From an uncultured Candidatus Saccharibacteria bacterium (GTDB lineage Bacteria; Patescibacteriota; Minisyncoccia; Phycocordibacterales; EsbW-18): 41,199 nucleotides of DNA. Under the pieces are notes generated by a model that was given only the letters and a program-made list of their open reading frames with translations, did no database searches and was not told the DNA's origin. Shown here in pieces: positions 7,967 to 17,582 of the stretch; position 1 is the first letter of the stretch; every line of letters starts with the position of its first letter. The translations under genes were made by a program, and so were the position numbers. The stretch lies in contig CAYUSN010000004.1 in NCBI GenBank assembly GCA_964447415.1, positions 1 to 41,199 of the forward strand, in the 5' to 3' direction.

Positions 7967-10132
7967 ATGGGAAAACGAAAGAATGCAAAGAAAGAAAGAC
8001 CGTCATTCAGTTTGGGTCTTCAGGAAGAAACACGGTATGCGGTGCTTGCCGTTATTTTTCTGCTCATTTCCCTCTTTTTGTTTTTAGCAGCATTCGGCAA
8101 AGCGGGTGTTGTCGGAAGAAGTATTTTCGGGTGGTTTTCGGGATTGTTGGGAGTGGGCTACTACCTTCTTCCTGCTCTTACTTTTCTGCTGTCTGTCAGT
8201 TATTTCCGTTCGGAAAAAGCGAACTTCGCGCTCACCAATATCATCGGCTCCCTTCTGTTTATTGCATCGGGCTTAGGACTCATTGAACTGGCCTTTCCTG
8301 AACACGGAGGATTTCTTGCGGCACTGATTACACAGCCACTCATTTATTTGCTTGATGTGACCGGCAGTGCGGTACTCCTCGTCGCAATTTTTGTGATTTC
8401 ACTTCTTGTTCTGCTTAACACGCACCCTGCCCATCTCTGGCGCACGTGGAAAGAAAAGCGTGAAGAGCGACGCGCACTGGAGGATGAGGAAACACCGATG
8501 AAAGATCATGTTGCTATTATTGCGCCGCCGGAAACACCCGACACACAGGAAGCACCGCCCGAAAACAAATCACAGGATGGTGAACCGAAAAAATCGGGGT
8601 TGTTTTCTTTCGGAAAGAAAGACTCGGAGACCTTTATTCCCATCCCCGCATTTGCCGGCGCGTACACCCCTCCCCCGCTTTCCATATTTGCAAAAGATTC
8701 GGGCAAGCCGGGTGTAGGCGACATCAAAGCAAACGCAAACATCATCAAGCGCACGCTCCAGAACTTCGGCATTGACGTGGCAATGGATGAAATTTCCATC
8801 GGTCCCTCCGTCACTCGTTACGCAATGAAGCCCGCTGAAGGCGTCCGCCTTAATAAAATCTTGGGGCTGCAGAAAAACCTTGAGTTGGCGCTCGCCGCAC
8901 ACCCTGTGCGCATCGAAGCGCCGATTCCCGGCAAAGCGCTCGTCGGTATTGAAGTTCCGAACTCCGCAAAAACCACCGTGGGTCTCGGCACGCTTTTGAC
9001 CAGTGAAGAATTTGTCCACTCGAAAAACCCGCTGATGGTGACTCTCGGGCGCGACGTTGACGGCAATGCGATGTTTGCCAACGTCTCCAAGATGCCGCAC
9101 ATGCTCATTGCCGGCGCCACCGGCTCAGGAAAGTCGGTGACCATTCACGCGTTCATCAACTCACTGCTGTTCCGCAACGGTCCCAATACCATGCGTTTTG
9201 TCATGATTGACCCGAAGCGCGTTGAGCTCACGATGTACAACGGCATCCCGCACCTCCTCACCCCCGTCATTACCGACCCGAAAAAGGCCATTTTATCACT
9301 CAAATGGCTCACCAAAGAGATGGAACGGCGGTATAACGTGCTTGAAGAACACCACGTCCGCGACATCACCTCATATCACGAAACCATACTCGGTGCCGCT
9401 GAAACGGTTCGCAGTACCGAACACCCCGATGCGCCGGAAACCATGCCGTACATCATCATTGTTATCGACGAGCTCGCCGACATTATGTCGACGTATCCGC
9501 GGGAGCTTGAGTCGGCAATCGTGCGCCTCGCACAGATGTCCCGCGCGGTCGGCATTCACCTCATCCTTTCGACCCAGCGCCCGTCGGTCAACGTCATTAC
9601 CGGTCTTATCAAGGCGAACATCCCCGCGCGCGTGGCGCTGCAAGTTGCCTCGCAAATTGACTCACGCACGATTCTTGACGCATCGGGTGCCGAAAAGCTT
9701 CTGGGCGCCGGTGACATGCTCTTCCAGTCCGGAGACATGGGCAAACCGAAGCGCATTCAGTCGGCGTTTATTTCAGAGCGCGAAGTGAAAAAAGTAACCG
9801 AATTTCTGCGCAAACACGACGACGGCAGCTCAATTGCCGAACTTTCGCTTGATCTGGACACACACGGTGGAGGCAGCGATGATGGCGGAATCGGTTTTGA
9901 TGACGATATTGATGACGATTTGTTTGAAGACGCGCGCGAGACCGTCATTCACGCCGGAAAAGCGTCCACCTCATACCTGCAAAGGAAGCTGCGTATCGGG
10001 TATTCGCGCGCCGCGCGCATCATGGATTTGTTAGAAGAGCGCGGTGTTATCGGACCCGCTGACGGTTCAAAACCGCGCGATGTACTCGTACCGCACGGAA
10101 ATCAACCGGACAGTGAGGAACACACCGCGTAA
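7967..10132 (+). CDS. ftsK: DNA translocase FtsK/SpoIIIE
   Basis: 721 aa with N-terminal TM helices, a Pro/Glu-rich linker, Walker A GATGSGKSV, IVIDELADIM, and a C-terminal gamma winged helix (ASTSYLQRKLRIGYSRAARIMDLLEERGVIGP). Confidence 0.95.
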   Translation: MGKRKNAKKERPSFSLGLQEETRYAVLAVIFLLISLFLFLAAFGKAGVVGRSIFGWFSGLLGVGYYLLPALTFLLSVSYFRSEKANFALTNIIGSLLFIASGLGLIELAFPEHGGFLAALITQPLIYLLDVTGSAVLLVAIFVISLLVLLNTHPAHLWRTWKEKREERRALEDEETPMKDHVAIIAPPETPDTQEAPPENKSQDGEPKKSGLFSFGKKDSETFIPIPAFAGAYTPPPLSIFAKDSGKPGVGDIKANANIIKRTLQNFGIDVAMDEISIGPSVTRYAMKPAEGVRLNKILGLQKNLELALAAHPVRIEAPIPGKALVGIEVPNSAKTTVGLGTLLTSEEFVHSKNPLMVTLGRDVDGNAMFANVSKMPHMLIAGATGSGKSVTIHAFINSLLFRNGPNTMRFVMIDPKRVELTMYNGIPHLLTPVITDPKKAILSLKWLTKEMERRYNVLEEHHVRDITSYHETILGAAETVRSTEHPDAPETMPYIIIVIDELADIMSTYPRELESAIVRLAQMSRAVGIHLILSTQRPSVNVITGLIKANIPARVALQVASQIDSRTILDASGAEKLLGAGDMLFQSGDMGKPKRIQSAFISEREVKKVTEFLRKHDDGSSIAELSLDLDTHGGGSDDGGIGFDDDIDDDLFEDARETVIHAGKASTSYLQRKLRIGYSRAARIMDLLEERGVIGPADGSKPRDVLVPHGNQPDSEEHTA

Positions 10133-10135
10133 CGT

Positions 10136-10564
10136 ATGGTGACACAGAGAACAATTTCACGCGGTATCGCCGTCTGTATTCTCCTTGCAATTTTAGGGTA
10201 CGCGTACTTTGAGGCGCGCCCGTTTCTGTCGGGTCCGCAGCTTTCCGTTACACAACCCCTCGACGGTTTCTCCGTCGCCGAGAGTCCGATAGTCGTGTCC
10301 GGGAGTGTGCGACACATTACCGAAATCACACTCAACGGAAACCCGATTGTGGTTGATGAAGAAGGTGTCTTTGAACGACTGGTACCGCTTGCCCCTGGAT
10401 ATGCGGTTATTGAAGTGTCCGTAAAAGACCGGTTCGGACGCACCCGCACCGAGACGCTCCACGGCACCTACACCCCGCAGAAATCTGTGTTTCCCCTGCT
10501 GCCTGTCGTCGGCACCAGCACAGAAGAGGGCCTTGACGCGACCACCACGACTGATGCGCTTTAA
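10136..10564 (+). CDS. Hypothetical membrane-anchored protein (Ig-like/beta-rich ectodomain)
   Basis: 142 aa with an N-terminal TM helix (GIAVCILLAILGYAYF). It starts 4 nt after the ftsK stop. No motif recognised. Confidence 0.6.
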   Translation: MVTQRTISRGIAVCILLAILGYAYFEARPFLSGPQLSVTQPLDGFSVAESPIVVSGSVRHITEITLNGNPIVVDEEGVFERLVPLAPGYAVIEVSVKDRFGRTRTETLHGTYTPQKSVFPLLPVVGTSTEEGLDATTTTDAL

Positions 10565-10617
10565 AAATACTTTACCCAAGCGTGATAAAATAGAATATAT
10601 ACACCAAAGTAAAACGT

Positions 10618-11637
10618 ATGGCATTTAAGAAAAAGGCCGCCCCGGAGCCGAAAAAAACCACGGGAGAAATCGAGGATACGCTCAAACAGATAAAGACGAA
10701 GTTCGGCGAGGACGCCATCATGATGCTGGGCGCCCGGCCGCGCGTTGATGTTGCATCCGTTCCGTCGGGTTCTATCTCACTGGACGCGGCACTCGGCATC
10801 GGCGGATACCCCCGCGGACGCGTCATTGAAATTTACGGACCGGAATCATCCGGAAAAACAACGCTTGCGCTTCATGCGGTTGCCGAAGCGCAAAAAGAAG
10901 GCGGCGTCTGCGCCTATGTGGACGCCGAACACGCGATGGATCCCGAATACGCAAAAAAGCTCGGTGTCAAAATAGACGAGCTGCTCATTTCACAGCCCGA
11001 CACGGGAGAGCAGGCGCTCGAAATCGTGGAAAGTCTCGTGCGCACGGGAAAAATCGACATTATTGTCGTTGACTCGGTCGCCGCACTCACACCAAAAGAC
11101 GAAATCGAAGGAGAGATGGGCGCACAACATGTCGGCAAACAGGCGCGCCTCATGAGCCAGGCGCTACGCAAACTCGCCGCAATCGTCGCAAAATCAAAAA
11201 CAATCGTCATCTTCATCAACCAAATTCGCATGAAAATCGGCGTTATGTTCGGGAACCCCGAAACGACACCCGGCGGCAACGCGTTGAAGTTTTATGCTTC
11301 GGTGCGTCTGGACGTGCGCCGCATCGCGCAAATTAAAAAAGGTGAAGATGTTATCGGCGGGCGCGTTCGCGTCAAAGTGGTCAAAAACAAAGTCGCTCCC
11401 CCGTTCCGCGTGGCGGAATTTGACCTCATCTTCCCCGACGGCATTTCAAAGGAAGGAGAAATGATTGCACTCGGAGAAAAATACGGGCTCATCCAGAAAA
11501 GCGGTGCCTCCTACAAATACGGCGATACTCAGCTCGGACGCGGATATGACGCCGCACGAACATTCCTGAAAGAAAATAAGGATATTTCAAAAGTGTTGCT
11601 AAAAGAGATTCGGGTGCACCTCGCTGAACACGCCTAA
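10618..11637 (+). CDS. recA: Recombinase RecA
   Basis: Motifs [12 protein letters not shown] (Walker A), [47 protein letters not shown]. Confidence 0.97.
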   Translation: MAFKKKAAPEPKKTTGEIEDTLKQIKTKFGEDAIMMLGARPRVDVASVPSGSISLDAALGIGGYPRGRVIEIYGPESSGKTTLALHAVAEAQKEGGVCAYVDAEHAMDPEYAKKLGVKIDELLISQPDTGEQALEIVESLVRTGKIDIIVVDSVAALTPKDEIEGEMGAQHVGKQARLMSQALRKLAAIVAKSKTIVIFINQIRMKIGVMFGNPETTPGGNALKFYASVRLDVRRIAQIKKGEDVIGGRVRVKVVKNKVAPPFRVAEFDLIFPDGISKEGEMIALGEKYGLIQKSGASYKYGDTQLGRGYDAARTFLKENKDISKVLLKEIRVHLAEHA

Positions 11638-11786
11638 CTCTTCGCTCGCTTGATTCTTTGCAAAACACACGTCCGCGCCTACTGGCGCGGCGTTCACGCT
11701 CGGGCTCTTCGCCCTCCGCGAGTTTTTACAAATAACAAGCTCACTCCGTACGCAGCTACGCCCGCGGGAACGGGCGAAGCTGCCTG

Positions 11787-11815
11787 TTGAATACAAAAAT
11801 ATCCTCTGTTATACT
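11787..11815 (+). promoter_or_regulatory. Sigma70-type promoter for efp (TTGAAT-N17-TATACT)
   Basis: The -35 TTGAAT is at 11787-11792, followed by an exact 17-nt spacer and -10 TATACT at 11810-11815. This is 38 nt upstream of the efp ATG. Confidence 0.6.
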
Positions 11816-11853
11816 CCACCTCGGCCGAACAGAGGCCTTTTTATTTGCCGCAT

Positions 11854-12414
11854 ATGCTCAACTACAACGAAATCACCAACGGAAAGATTATTCTCTTCAA
11901 CGGAGAGCCGTATGAAGTGCTGGACAGCCACGTTTTCCGAAAACAGCAACGCAAACCGGTCAACGCGACAAAGCTGAAAAATCTCATCACCGGCAAGGTA
12001 ACCGAGAACTCATTCCACGTCTCGGAGAAAGCCGAGGAGGCGGAAATTGAAGATCGTCCGCTGGTGTACATCTACAACAGTCGCGGACAGTGGTGGTTTC
12101 ATAAAGCAGGAAACCCGGGCGAACGCATGACCTTTCCTGAAGACATTCTCGGAGACAAAGCGAAGTTTTTGAAAGAAAAAATGGAAGTGACCGGACTGTA
12201 TTTCGATGACCGCCCTATCGATATCCGTCTTCCCATTAAAGTCACCTACAAAGTCGTTGAGGCGCCGCCAAATGTGCGCGGCAACACTGCACAGGGCGGC
12301 AACAAGCTCGTAAAACTTGAAACAGGAGCGATGATTACTACACCGATGTTTGTTGAAGAAGGCGATACCATTGAAATAAATACCGAAACGGGGCTCTACG
12401 TCGGCCGCGCATAA
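11854..12414 (+). CDS. efp: Elongation factor P
   Basis: Sequence MLNYNEITNGKIILFNGEPYEVLDSHVFRKQQRKPVNATKLKNLITGK... and the three OB-like domain pattern. The track ORF begins at a TTG (11845); the ATG at 11854 is preferred. Confidence 0.9.
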   Translation: MLNYNEITNGKIILFNGEPYEVLDSHVFRKQQRKPVNATKLKNLITGKVTENSFHVSEKAEEAEIEDRPLVYIYNSRGQWWFHKAGNPGERMTFPEDILGDKAKFLKEKMEVTGLYFDDRPIDIRLPIKVTYKVVEAPPNVRGNTAQGGNKLVKLETGAMITTPMFVEEGDTIEINTETGLYVGRA

Positions 12415-12421
12415 CAAAACG

Positions 12422-12456
12422 AAAAACACCGGAGGCTCTGGCCTCCGGTGTTTTTT
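12422..12456. terminator. Bidirectional rho-independent terminator
   Basis: AAAAA-CACCGGAGGC-tctg-GCCTCCGGTG-TTTTTT lies between convergent efp and rpsR. Confidence 0.9.
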
Positions 12457-12458
12457 AA

Positions 12459-12665
12459 TTAACTTGAGATATACGGGATGAGTCCCATGAACCGCGCCCG
12501 CTTGATGGCGAGTGCCAATTCACGCTGGTGCTTGCCGCAAACGCCCGTGTACCGGCGGGTTTTGATGCGTCCGTACGGGTTAATGAAACGCTTCAGAAGC
12601 GCGATATCTTTGTAGTCGATTTTCTTTATGTTGTGTTCCGTGAAGAAACAGTTGGTCTTAGTCAT
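12459..12665 (-). CDS. rpsR: 30S ribosomal protein S18
   Basis: Sequence IDYKDIALLKRFINPYGRIKTRRYTGVCGKHQRELALAIKRARFMGLIPY, in the conserved rpsF-ssb-rpsR context. Confidence 0.95.
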   Translation of the reverse strand: MTKTNCFFTEHNIKKIDYKDIALLKRFINPYGRIKTRRYTGVCGKHQRELALAIKRARFMGLIPYISS

Positions 12666-12686
12666 ATGCGGTGCGTGTGTCGAATG

Positions 12687-13145
12687 TTAAAACGGAATGT
12701 CCTCAGGATTAATCCCCTCCTCTTCGGCGTCAGGATACTGAATGGTATCGATCGGCGGTTCTTTTTCACCTTGCGGTTCTTCTTTCTTGCCGGCGTATGC
12801 ACCCGCGGGAGCCGCTCCTGCGCGCGGTCCGAACTGCACGCGATCCGCGATAATCTCCGTGCGGTACTTCTTTGTGCCGTCGGTAGCGTCCCAACTGCGC
12901 GTTACGATACGTCCTTCGATAAATGCACTTGATCCCTTACGAAGATACTGTGCGACGGTTTCGGCCTGCTTGCCGAACACGACGATATTGTGAAAATCGG
13001 TTGATTCCTGTTTGTTGCCGTCGCGGTCTTTCCATACGCGGTTTGTCGCGATCGAAAACGACGTCACGGGAGCACCCGACGGAAGCGACCGCTGTTCGGG
13101 GTCACGTGTCAGATTGCCGTACAAAAGTGCTTTATTGAGATACAT
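12687..13145 (-). CDS. ssb: Single-stranded DNA-binding protein
   Basis: OB fold start MYLNKALLYGNLTRDPEQRSLPSG..., FHNIVVFGKQAE, and an acidic tail ending EDIPF. Confidence 0.95.
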   Translation of the reverse strand: MYLNKALLYGNLTRDPEQRSLPSGAPVTSFSIATNRVWKDRDGNKQESTDFHNIVVFGKQAETVAQYLRKGSSAFIEGRIVTRSWDATDGTKKYRTEIIADRVQFGPRAGAAPAGAYAGKKEEPQGEKEPPIDTIQYPDAEEEGINPEDIPF

Positions 13146-13148
13146 ATG

Positions 13149-13679
13149 TTAGACGACGAGTTTTTCAATTTCCGCATCAAGCTGTTCGGTGGTCATAGGC
13201 TCGGCTGGCTGTTCAACCGCTCCTTCTTTGACGACTTTTTCGTGGATGCGAGACGCAAAGTCGGTCGGTTTTGTTTCAAATCGCGGTGCCTGCGCCGGAT
13301 GACGGACGGGTGCCGCATCTTTTTCCGTTTTAACCATCAGTGAACGGATGATGTGTTCGTTGTGGCGCATCGCCTCCTTTACGGCGTGTGCGTCGCTGGG
13401 AAGTGCTTCAAAAATCATCCAGCCGAAGTATGCATTGTCGAATGAGTGGTGTTGGCGCGCGATTACGCGGTCCAACGAGTACGCCAGCCGCATGAGCTGC
13501 GGTTGCTCTTCCGAGACGATAGTACCGCGGTGCTTTGCAATCAGGGCGTGGATTGTCTCAACCTCCTGGGAAACCCCCTCATCCCCGACGGTCGGCACAA
13601 CATGAAAACCGAGCTCGTAGGTGCGAGTCTCGTTGTCGTCCCCGTCAAAATCCTCTTGTACGTCTTGTATATCTGCCAT
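13149..13679 (-). CDS. rpsF: 30S ribosomal protein S6 (with acidic N-terminal and long C-terminal extensions)
   Basis: Position upstream of ssb-rpsR. The core RTYELGFHVVPTV...LMRLAYSL resembles the S6 pattern YE..+++.P.....+LAY.I. ATG 13679 chosen (MADIQ...). Confidence 0.75.
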   Translation of the reverse strand: MADIQDVQEDFDGDDNETRTYELGFHVVPTVGDEGVSQEVETIHALIAKHRGTIVSEEQPQLMRLAYSLDRVIARQHHSFDNAYFGWMIFEALPSDAHAVKEAMRHNEHIIRSLMVKTEKDAAPVRHPAQAPRFETKPTDFASRIHEKVVKEGAVEQPAEPMTTEQLDAEIEKLVV

Positions 13680-13747
13680 ATGCGCAATACACACTAGCAC
13701 ACACAGAAACGCCCCGCAAGGGCAAAAATAAGGGTTTTATCGGGATT

Positions 13748-14560
13748 TTAGGTCTCAAACGAGACGGGGAGAGAAAACGTGCGAACGGCGTTTGTAACGA
13801 GCGTTTCGGCCATCTTCGGGTACTCTTCCCCGCGGATAAGCGCGATACGCCGGGCGACGTTTGCAACCATGCTCGGGTCGCACCGCTTTCCGCGAAACGG
13901 CTCAGGAGCGGCAAACGGAGAATCGGTTTCCGCCATAATGCAGTCACCAGGAACATACCGAACGGCATCGTCATAATCGCTCACAAACGTAATCGGACCG
14001 TCAAACGAAATGGTAAAACCGAGGTCGAGAAATTTTTTTGCGATATCCGTCGAGCCGACGAAAAAGTGCACGTTTCCGTTTTTATGTTTCCCTTCAAGTT
14101 GAAATGCTGATGCGGAAAGCAGTGCAAGTATATCTTCATATGCATCCATACTTTTGCCGCTCGGTCTTCCGTGAATCATCAACGGTTTGTTGTGCTTCTG
14201 CGCAAACAAGATGTGCTGTGAAAAAAGTTCCTTTTGGCGAACTTTTGTTTCTTCCTCGGAGTTGCGGTAGTAATCCAGCCCGCACTCCCCCACTGCGACA
14301 ACGTTCGGGTCGCCTACAAGTTCCGTAAACACTTTTTCATCAAAGGACTCCTTTGCGTCGGTCGGATGAACACCAACGGTTGCAAACAGATGATCGTGTA
14401 AAGACGCAAGGGCGACCGCCTCGCGCGATGTTTTCTCACCGGTACCGACTGTGATGGTACCGATTCCGTTTTTTTTCAGATGCGCAACCACCTCTTCCCG
14501 GTCGGAATCAAACTGCGGGAAATTGAGATGCGAGTGAATATCAAACAGCGCGTACTGCAT
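13748..14560 (-). CDS. tatD: TatD-family metal-dependent hydrolase/DNase
   Basis: Motifs FDIHSHLNF, VGECGLDYY, KPLMIHGR, ETDSPF. Confidence 0.9.
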   Translation of the reverse strand: MQYALFDIHSHLNFPQFDSDREEVVAHLKKNGIGTITVGTGEKTSREAVALASLHDHLFATVGVHPTDAKESFDEKVFTELVGDPNVVAVGECGLDYYRNSEEETKVRQKELFSQHILFAQKHNKPLMIHGRPSGKSMDAYEDILALLSASAFQLEGKHKNGNVHFFVGSTDIAKKFLDLGFTISFDGPITFVSDYDDAVRYVPGDCIMAETDSPFAAPEPFRGKRCDPSMVANVARRIALIRGEEYPKMAETLVTNAVRTFSLPVSFET

Positions 14561-14562
14561 TG

Positions 14563-15624
14563 CTACGATGACGCGGATGCAAGCGAGCGCTTTTTCGCGT
14601 CATGAATAAGCTCCATAACAACTGCCGACAGCGGAACGGAGAGCAGCGCCCCGAGAAAACCGGCGAGTTGTGCGCCGATGACAAGGGCAAGAATCACGAC
14701 AATTGCCGGCACGCCGACAACCTTATTGACGACAAGCGGATACAACAGATGATTTTCAAACTGCTGAATGATGACATAGAGGCCGACAATCATAACTGCA
14801 AGCGTCAGGCCGCCCTGGGAAAGCGCCACCGCAACCGCCGGAATACTTGCAAGAATCGGACCGAACAGCGGAATAAGCTCGAACATACCCGCCATAACGG
14901 CAAACAAAAACGCGTGTTTGATGCCGAGAATGGTCAGGCCCAGAAACACAAGGAGGCCGACGAGAAGCATGAGCAACAGCTGTCCCTGCATCCACTGGCC
15001 GATTTTTTTCTGCGACCGTCTCCACAGATCGAGTACATACACGTGGTGCCGATGCGGTGTGACAATTCGGAGAAAATCGGAAATACCGTCTTCCTGCACC
15101 GAGAGATAAAACGAAAGCACAATCATCAGCACAAACGAGAATACGCCGCCGAACACGGCAGAAACGACGCGGAATGCGCCGCCGGGAATTGAAATGATGG
15201 ACTGTGTCGCGGAAAGCAGGTCGCTTGCCGAAAGTGTTTCGGAAAGATTTTGCACCACCGCTGCGGATTCCGGAGCGATGAAGCGGTCAAGAATCGGCCT
15301 GAAATCGATTGCACCGACATATTCGGGAATTTGAGAGAGAAAACCTGCGGCTTCAGACAACAGCGAGGGAAGCAGAAAGTATACGAGTCCGATTAAGCCG
15401 AGTGCAATACCGATATAGATAACCACCACGGCCGCCGCGCGCGGCACACGGTACCCTACAAACCATCGCGTCGCAGGTTCAACCGCGGACGCAATCACCA
15501 CCGCCGCCACGACGATAAGCACAATATCTTTAAGCAGATACAACACGTATGCGCCAAAAATCACCAGAAGTCCCTTAAGGACCGACGTTGCGCTGATGTG
15601 TATCATCATGTTTTGCATGGACAT
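14563..15624 (-). CDS. AI-2E family (PerM/YhhT-like) membrane transporter
   Basis: 353 aa polytopic membrane protein. Conserved C-terminal blocks are FELIPLFGPILASIPAV and LYPLVVNKVVGVPAIVVILAL. The alternative start ATG 15618 sits exactly 6 nt after a TATACT box. Confidence 0.85.
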   Translation of the reverse strand: MSMQNMMIHISATSVLKGLLVIFGAYVLYLLKDIVLIVVAAVVIASAVEPATRWFVGYRVPRAAAVVVIYIGIALGLIGLVYFLLPSLLSEAAGFLSQIPEYVGAIDFRPILDRFIAPESAAVVQNLSETLSASDLLSATQSIISIPGGAFRVVSAVFGGVFSFVLMIVLSFYLSVQEDGISDFLRIVTPHRHHVYVLDLWRRSQKKIGQWMQGQLLLMLLVGLLVFLGLTILGIKHAFLFAVMAGMFELIPLFGPILASIPAVAVALSQGGLTLAVMIVGLYVIIQQFENHLLYPLVVNKVVGVPAIVVILALVIGAQLAGFLGALLSVPLSAVVMELIHDAKKRSLASASS

Positions 15625-15647
15625 AGTATACCAGAGGAGTGTGGCGG

Positions 15648-17576
15648 TTATTCAACAACCCGCTCCTGGCCTGATTCAAATCCGGGGTCAGTGACCAGCT
15701 CCGTTGTGAGGGCCTCTTCTTGCGCCTCCACCGTACTCCCCGTTACCTCGTCGGTTGCCGAAAGTGATGCATCCTGCACTAAAACCGGAGTCGAGCCGAC
15801 CTGTGTTATTGACGGCGACAGCCCCACCTGGAACGCGACGGACCGGGCAGGCGTACTGTATCCCGTACCTGAACGGATGAGACCGGCGCGCCAGATAACT
15901 TCTCCGGATGCGGCATCAAAGCGTATATCCTCCGTGGCCGCACTGTAGACGTTTTCCCATGAAATATACGACGGCAGTACGGCGCGTACCACCGCGTTTT
16001 CTATATCATTCACTGCGTTTGAAATAGACCAGATGATGGTGTATGTCGTCTTTTGCTCCACGCGCGGCGGCATCGGTCCCATTGTTTCAAGCGGGCCGAC
16101 GGTGTGTACTGCACGCCCTGTAATTACCGCCGCGGATGACACCTGCACGAGTTTTTCGACGTCTGTCCTAACTTCTTCCGGGGTTTCCCCTTCGGACACC
16201 GCACGCCCGGTAAACGCGACTGTCAAGCGGATGTTCGGGTCAATGCGTCCCGTGCTTCCCTGCATAACCGCATTGGTAGCAAAGTTAAATGACACTGAGC
16301 CGGTGGAGCCCGCATCCACAACCGCAAGCGCCGGATTGCTCCGCTCATCCCACGTCACTGTGTCCGAGGCCGAACTGTAAAATCCTTTCAGCGCGGACAC
16401 CGTTCTTTCATTCACCGCATCGCCGGTAATATGCACCGTAATACGTCCGTCGGTGATTTTTGTCGGCAGGTTGTTTTTCCATGAAATATCAACGCGCGCG
16501 GTAGAACCCGGAGGAACAGTTACGGTGTCTCCCGTGTTCCCGTTGACGGCAACGCGCGTATCAATAAACGGCCGCGAGACGGATACAATGTGATCAACCT
16601 GCGCAAACGCGGTGCCTAGCTGCGTATCGTCGCGTTCAGAAACCAGCCCCGTCTTAAAACGAAACACGCGCTCCTCGTCATCTTGACCTGAAAGTATTCC
16701 CTGAATGCGTATGGTGCGTTTTCCCTCAGGTTCAATATCACCGAGCGCCCACATATTCTCCGAATACGTCGGCGCGGGAGACGCGCTTTTATATGAAAAT
16801 CCAAACGGATACTCCGCAACCAGCATGACGTTTTGGAGCGGCACGTCAGTGTTTGAAGTGATGTTAAGCACCATCTCAATCGTCTGTCCGGAGTTCAGTT
16901 TTGTCGGAGCACTCATCGACAACGCAAGAGGCGACGAACCGATGCGCACCACAAAATTAGTTTCTTTAACCAAAATTGCATTTGAACCGGCTACGCGGTA
17001 TTCAAGCGTCACGCCGACTGTCTGTTCGGTGCCCTCTTCGGCAAACAACACCGCCCGCGTTGATGTGGCGACCTGCTGACCTGAACGGATGGTGCCGAGG
17101 GACAGACGCTGTCGCGGAAGCTCGATGGCGACGTTGTCCGGAGAGCGCGTTCCTGCGGGATATTCAACAATCACGTCGGAAATCTGCAGTGCGGTCGTGT
17201 TTCGGTTTCTGATTTCTATCGCAAGCGGCAGCACATCCCCCGACGCGGAGATAACGGGACCGGAAACGGCAATATCAATTTTCTGCGGCGACACAATATT
17301 GCGGTCACCCGAAAGAAAGAAAAATGCAGCAGAAAGCGTCGCGAGGAAAAAAATAACAGCACCGACAAAAAACCATTTAATGGTCGTGTGGTGTTTGGAA
17401 ATGTGCTTCATAACTTTTGGCTGTTCGTGGTCATGCGGAAAATCGGGAGGAATATCATACGCCTTCTCATGAAAACCGGACCGGCGAAGCTTCGTCAGTG
17501 ATTCCGCCCCCGGCGTGTAGAGTTTTTGCGTGAGCGATTCTATCGGACTGTCATCTTTATGAGCATCATCTGGCAT
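15648..17576 (-). CDS. Large hypothetical membrane-anchored protein with repeated Ig-like (CARDB/DUF11-like) modules
   Basis: 642 aa from ATG 17576 (MPDDAHKDD...), with a single TM (WFFVGAVIFFLATLSAAFFFL). Repeated beta-rich modules follow (e.g. IEIRNRNTTALQISDVIVEYPAG / LNITSNTDVPLQNVMLVAEYPFGF). Confidence 0.7.
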   Translation of the reverse strand: MPDDAHKDDSPIESLTQKLYTPGAESLTKLRRSGFHEKAYDIPPDFPHDHEQPKVMKHISKHHTTIKWFFVGAVIFFLATLSAAFFFLSGDRNIVSPQKIDIAVSGPVISASGDVLPLAIEIRNRNTTALQISDVIVEYPAGTRSPDNVAIELPRQRLSLGTIRSGQQVATSTRAVLFAEEGTEQTVGVTLEYRVAGSNAILVKETNFVVRIGSSPLALSMSAPTKLNSGQTIEMVLNITSNTDVPLQNVMLVAEYPFGFSYKSASPAPTYSENMWALGDIEPEGKRTIRIQGILSGQDDEERVFRFKTGLVSERDDTQLGTAFAQVDHIVSVSRPFIDTRVAVNGNTGDTVTVPPGSTARVDISWKNNLPTKITDGRITVHITGDAVNERTVSALKGFYSSASDTVTWDERSNPALAVVDAGSTGSVSFNFATNAVMQGSTGRIDPNIRLTVAFTGRAVSEGETPEEVRTDVEKLVQVSSAAVITGRAVHTVGPLETMGPMPPRVEQKTTYTIIWSISNAVNDIENAVVRAVLPSYISWENVYSAATEDIRFDAASGEVIWRAGLIRSGTGYSTPARSVAFQVGLSPSITQVGSTPVLVQDASLSATDEVTGSTVEAQEEALTTELVTDPGFESGQERVVE

Positions 17577-17582
17577 GGTTTC

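Noticed and set aside
11751-11786. The hairpin CAGCTACGCCCG-CGGGAA-CGGGCGAAGCTG as an SRP RNA helix 8
   Set aside because: It superficially resembles the GGAA-loop/AGCA motif. However, the stem is almost perfectly paired, lacking the conserved symmetric and asymmetric loops, and the flanks lack the remaining SRP RNA elements.
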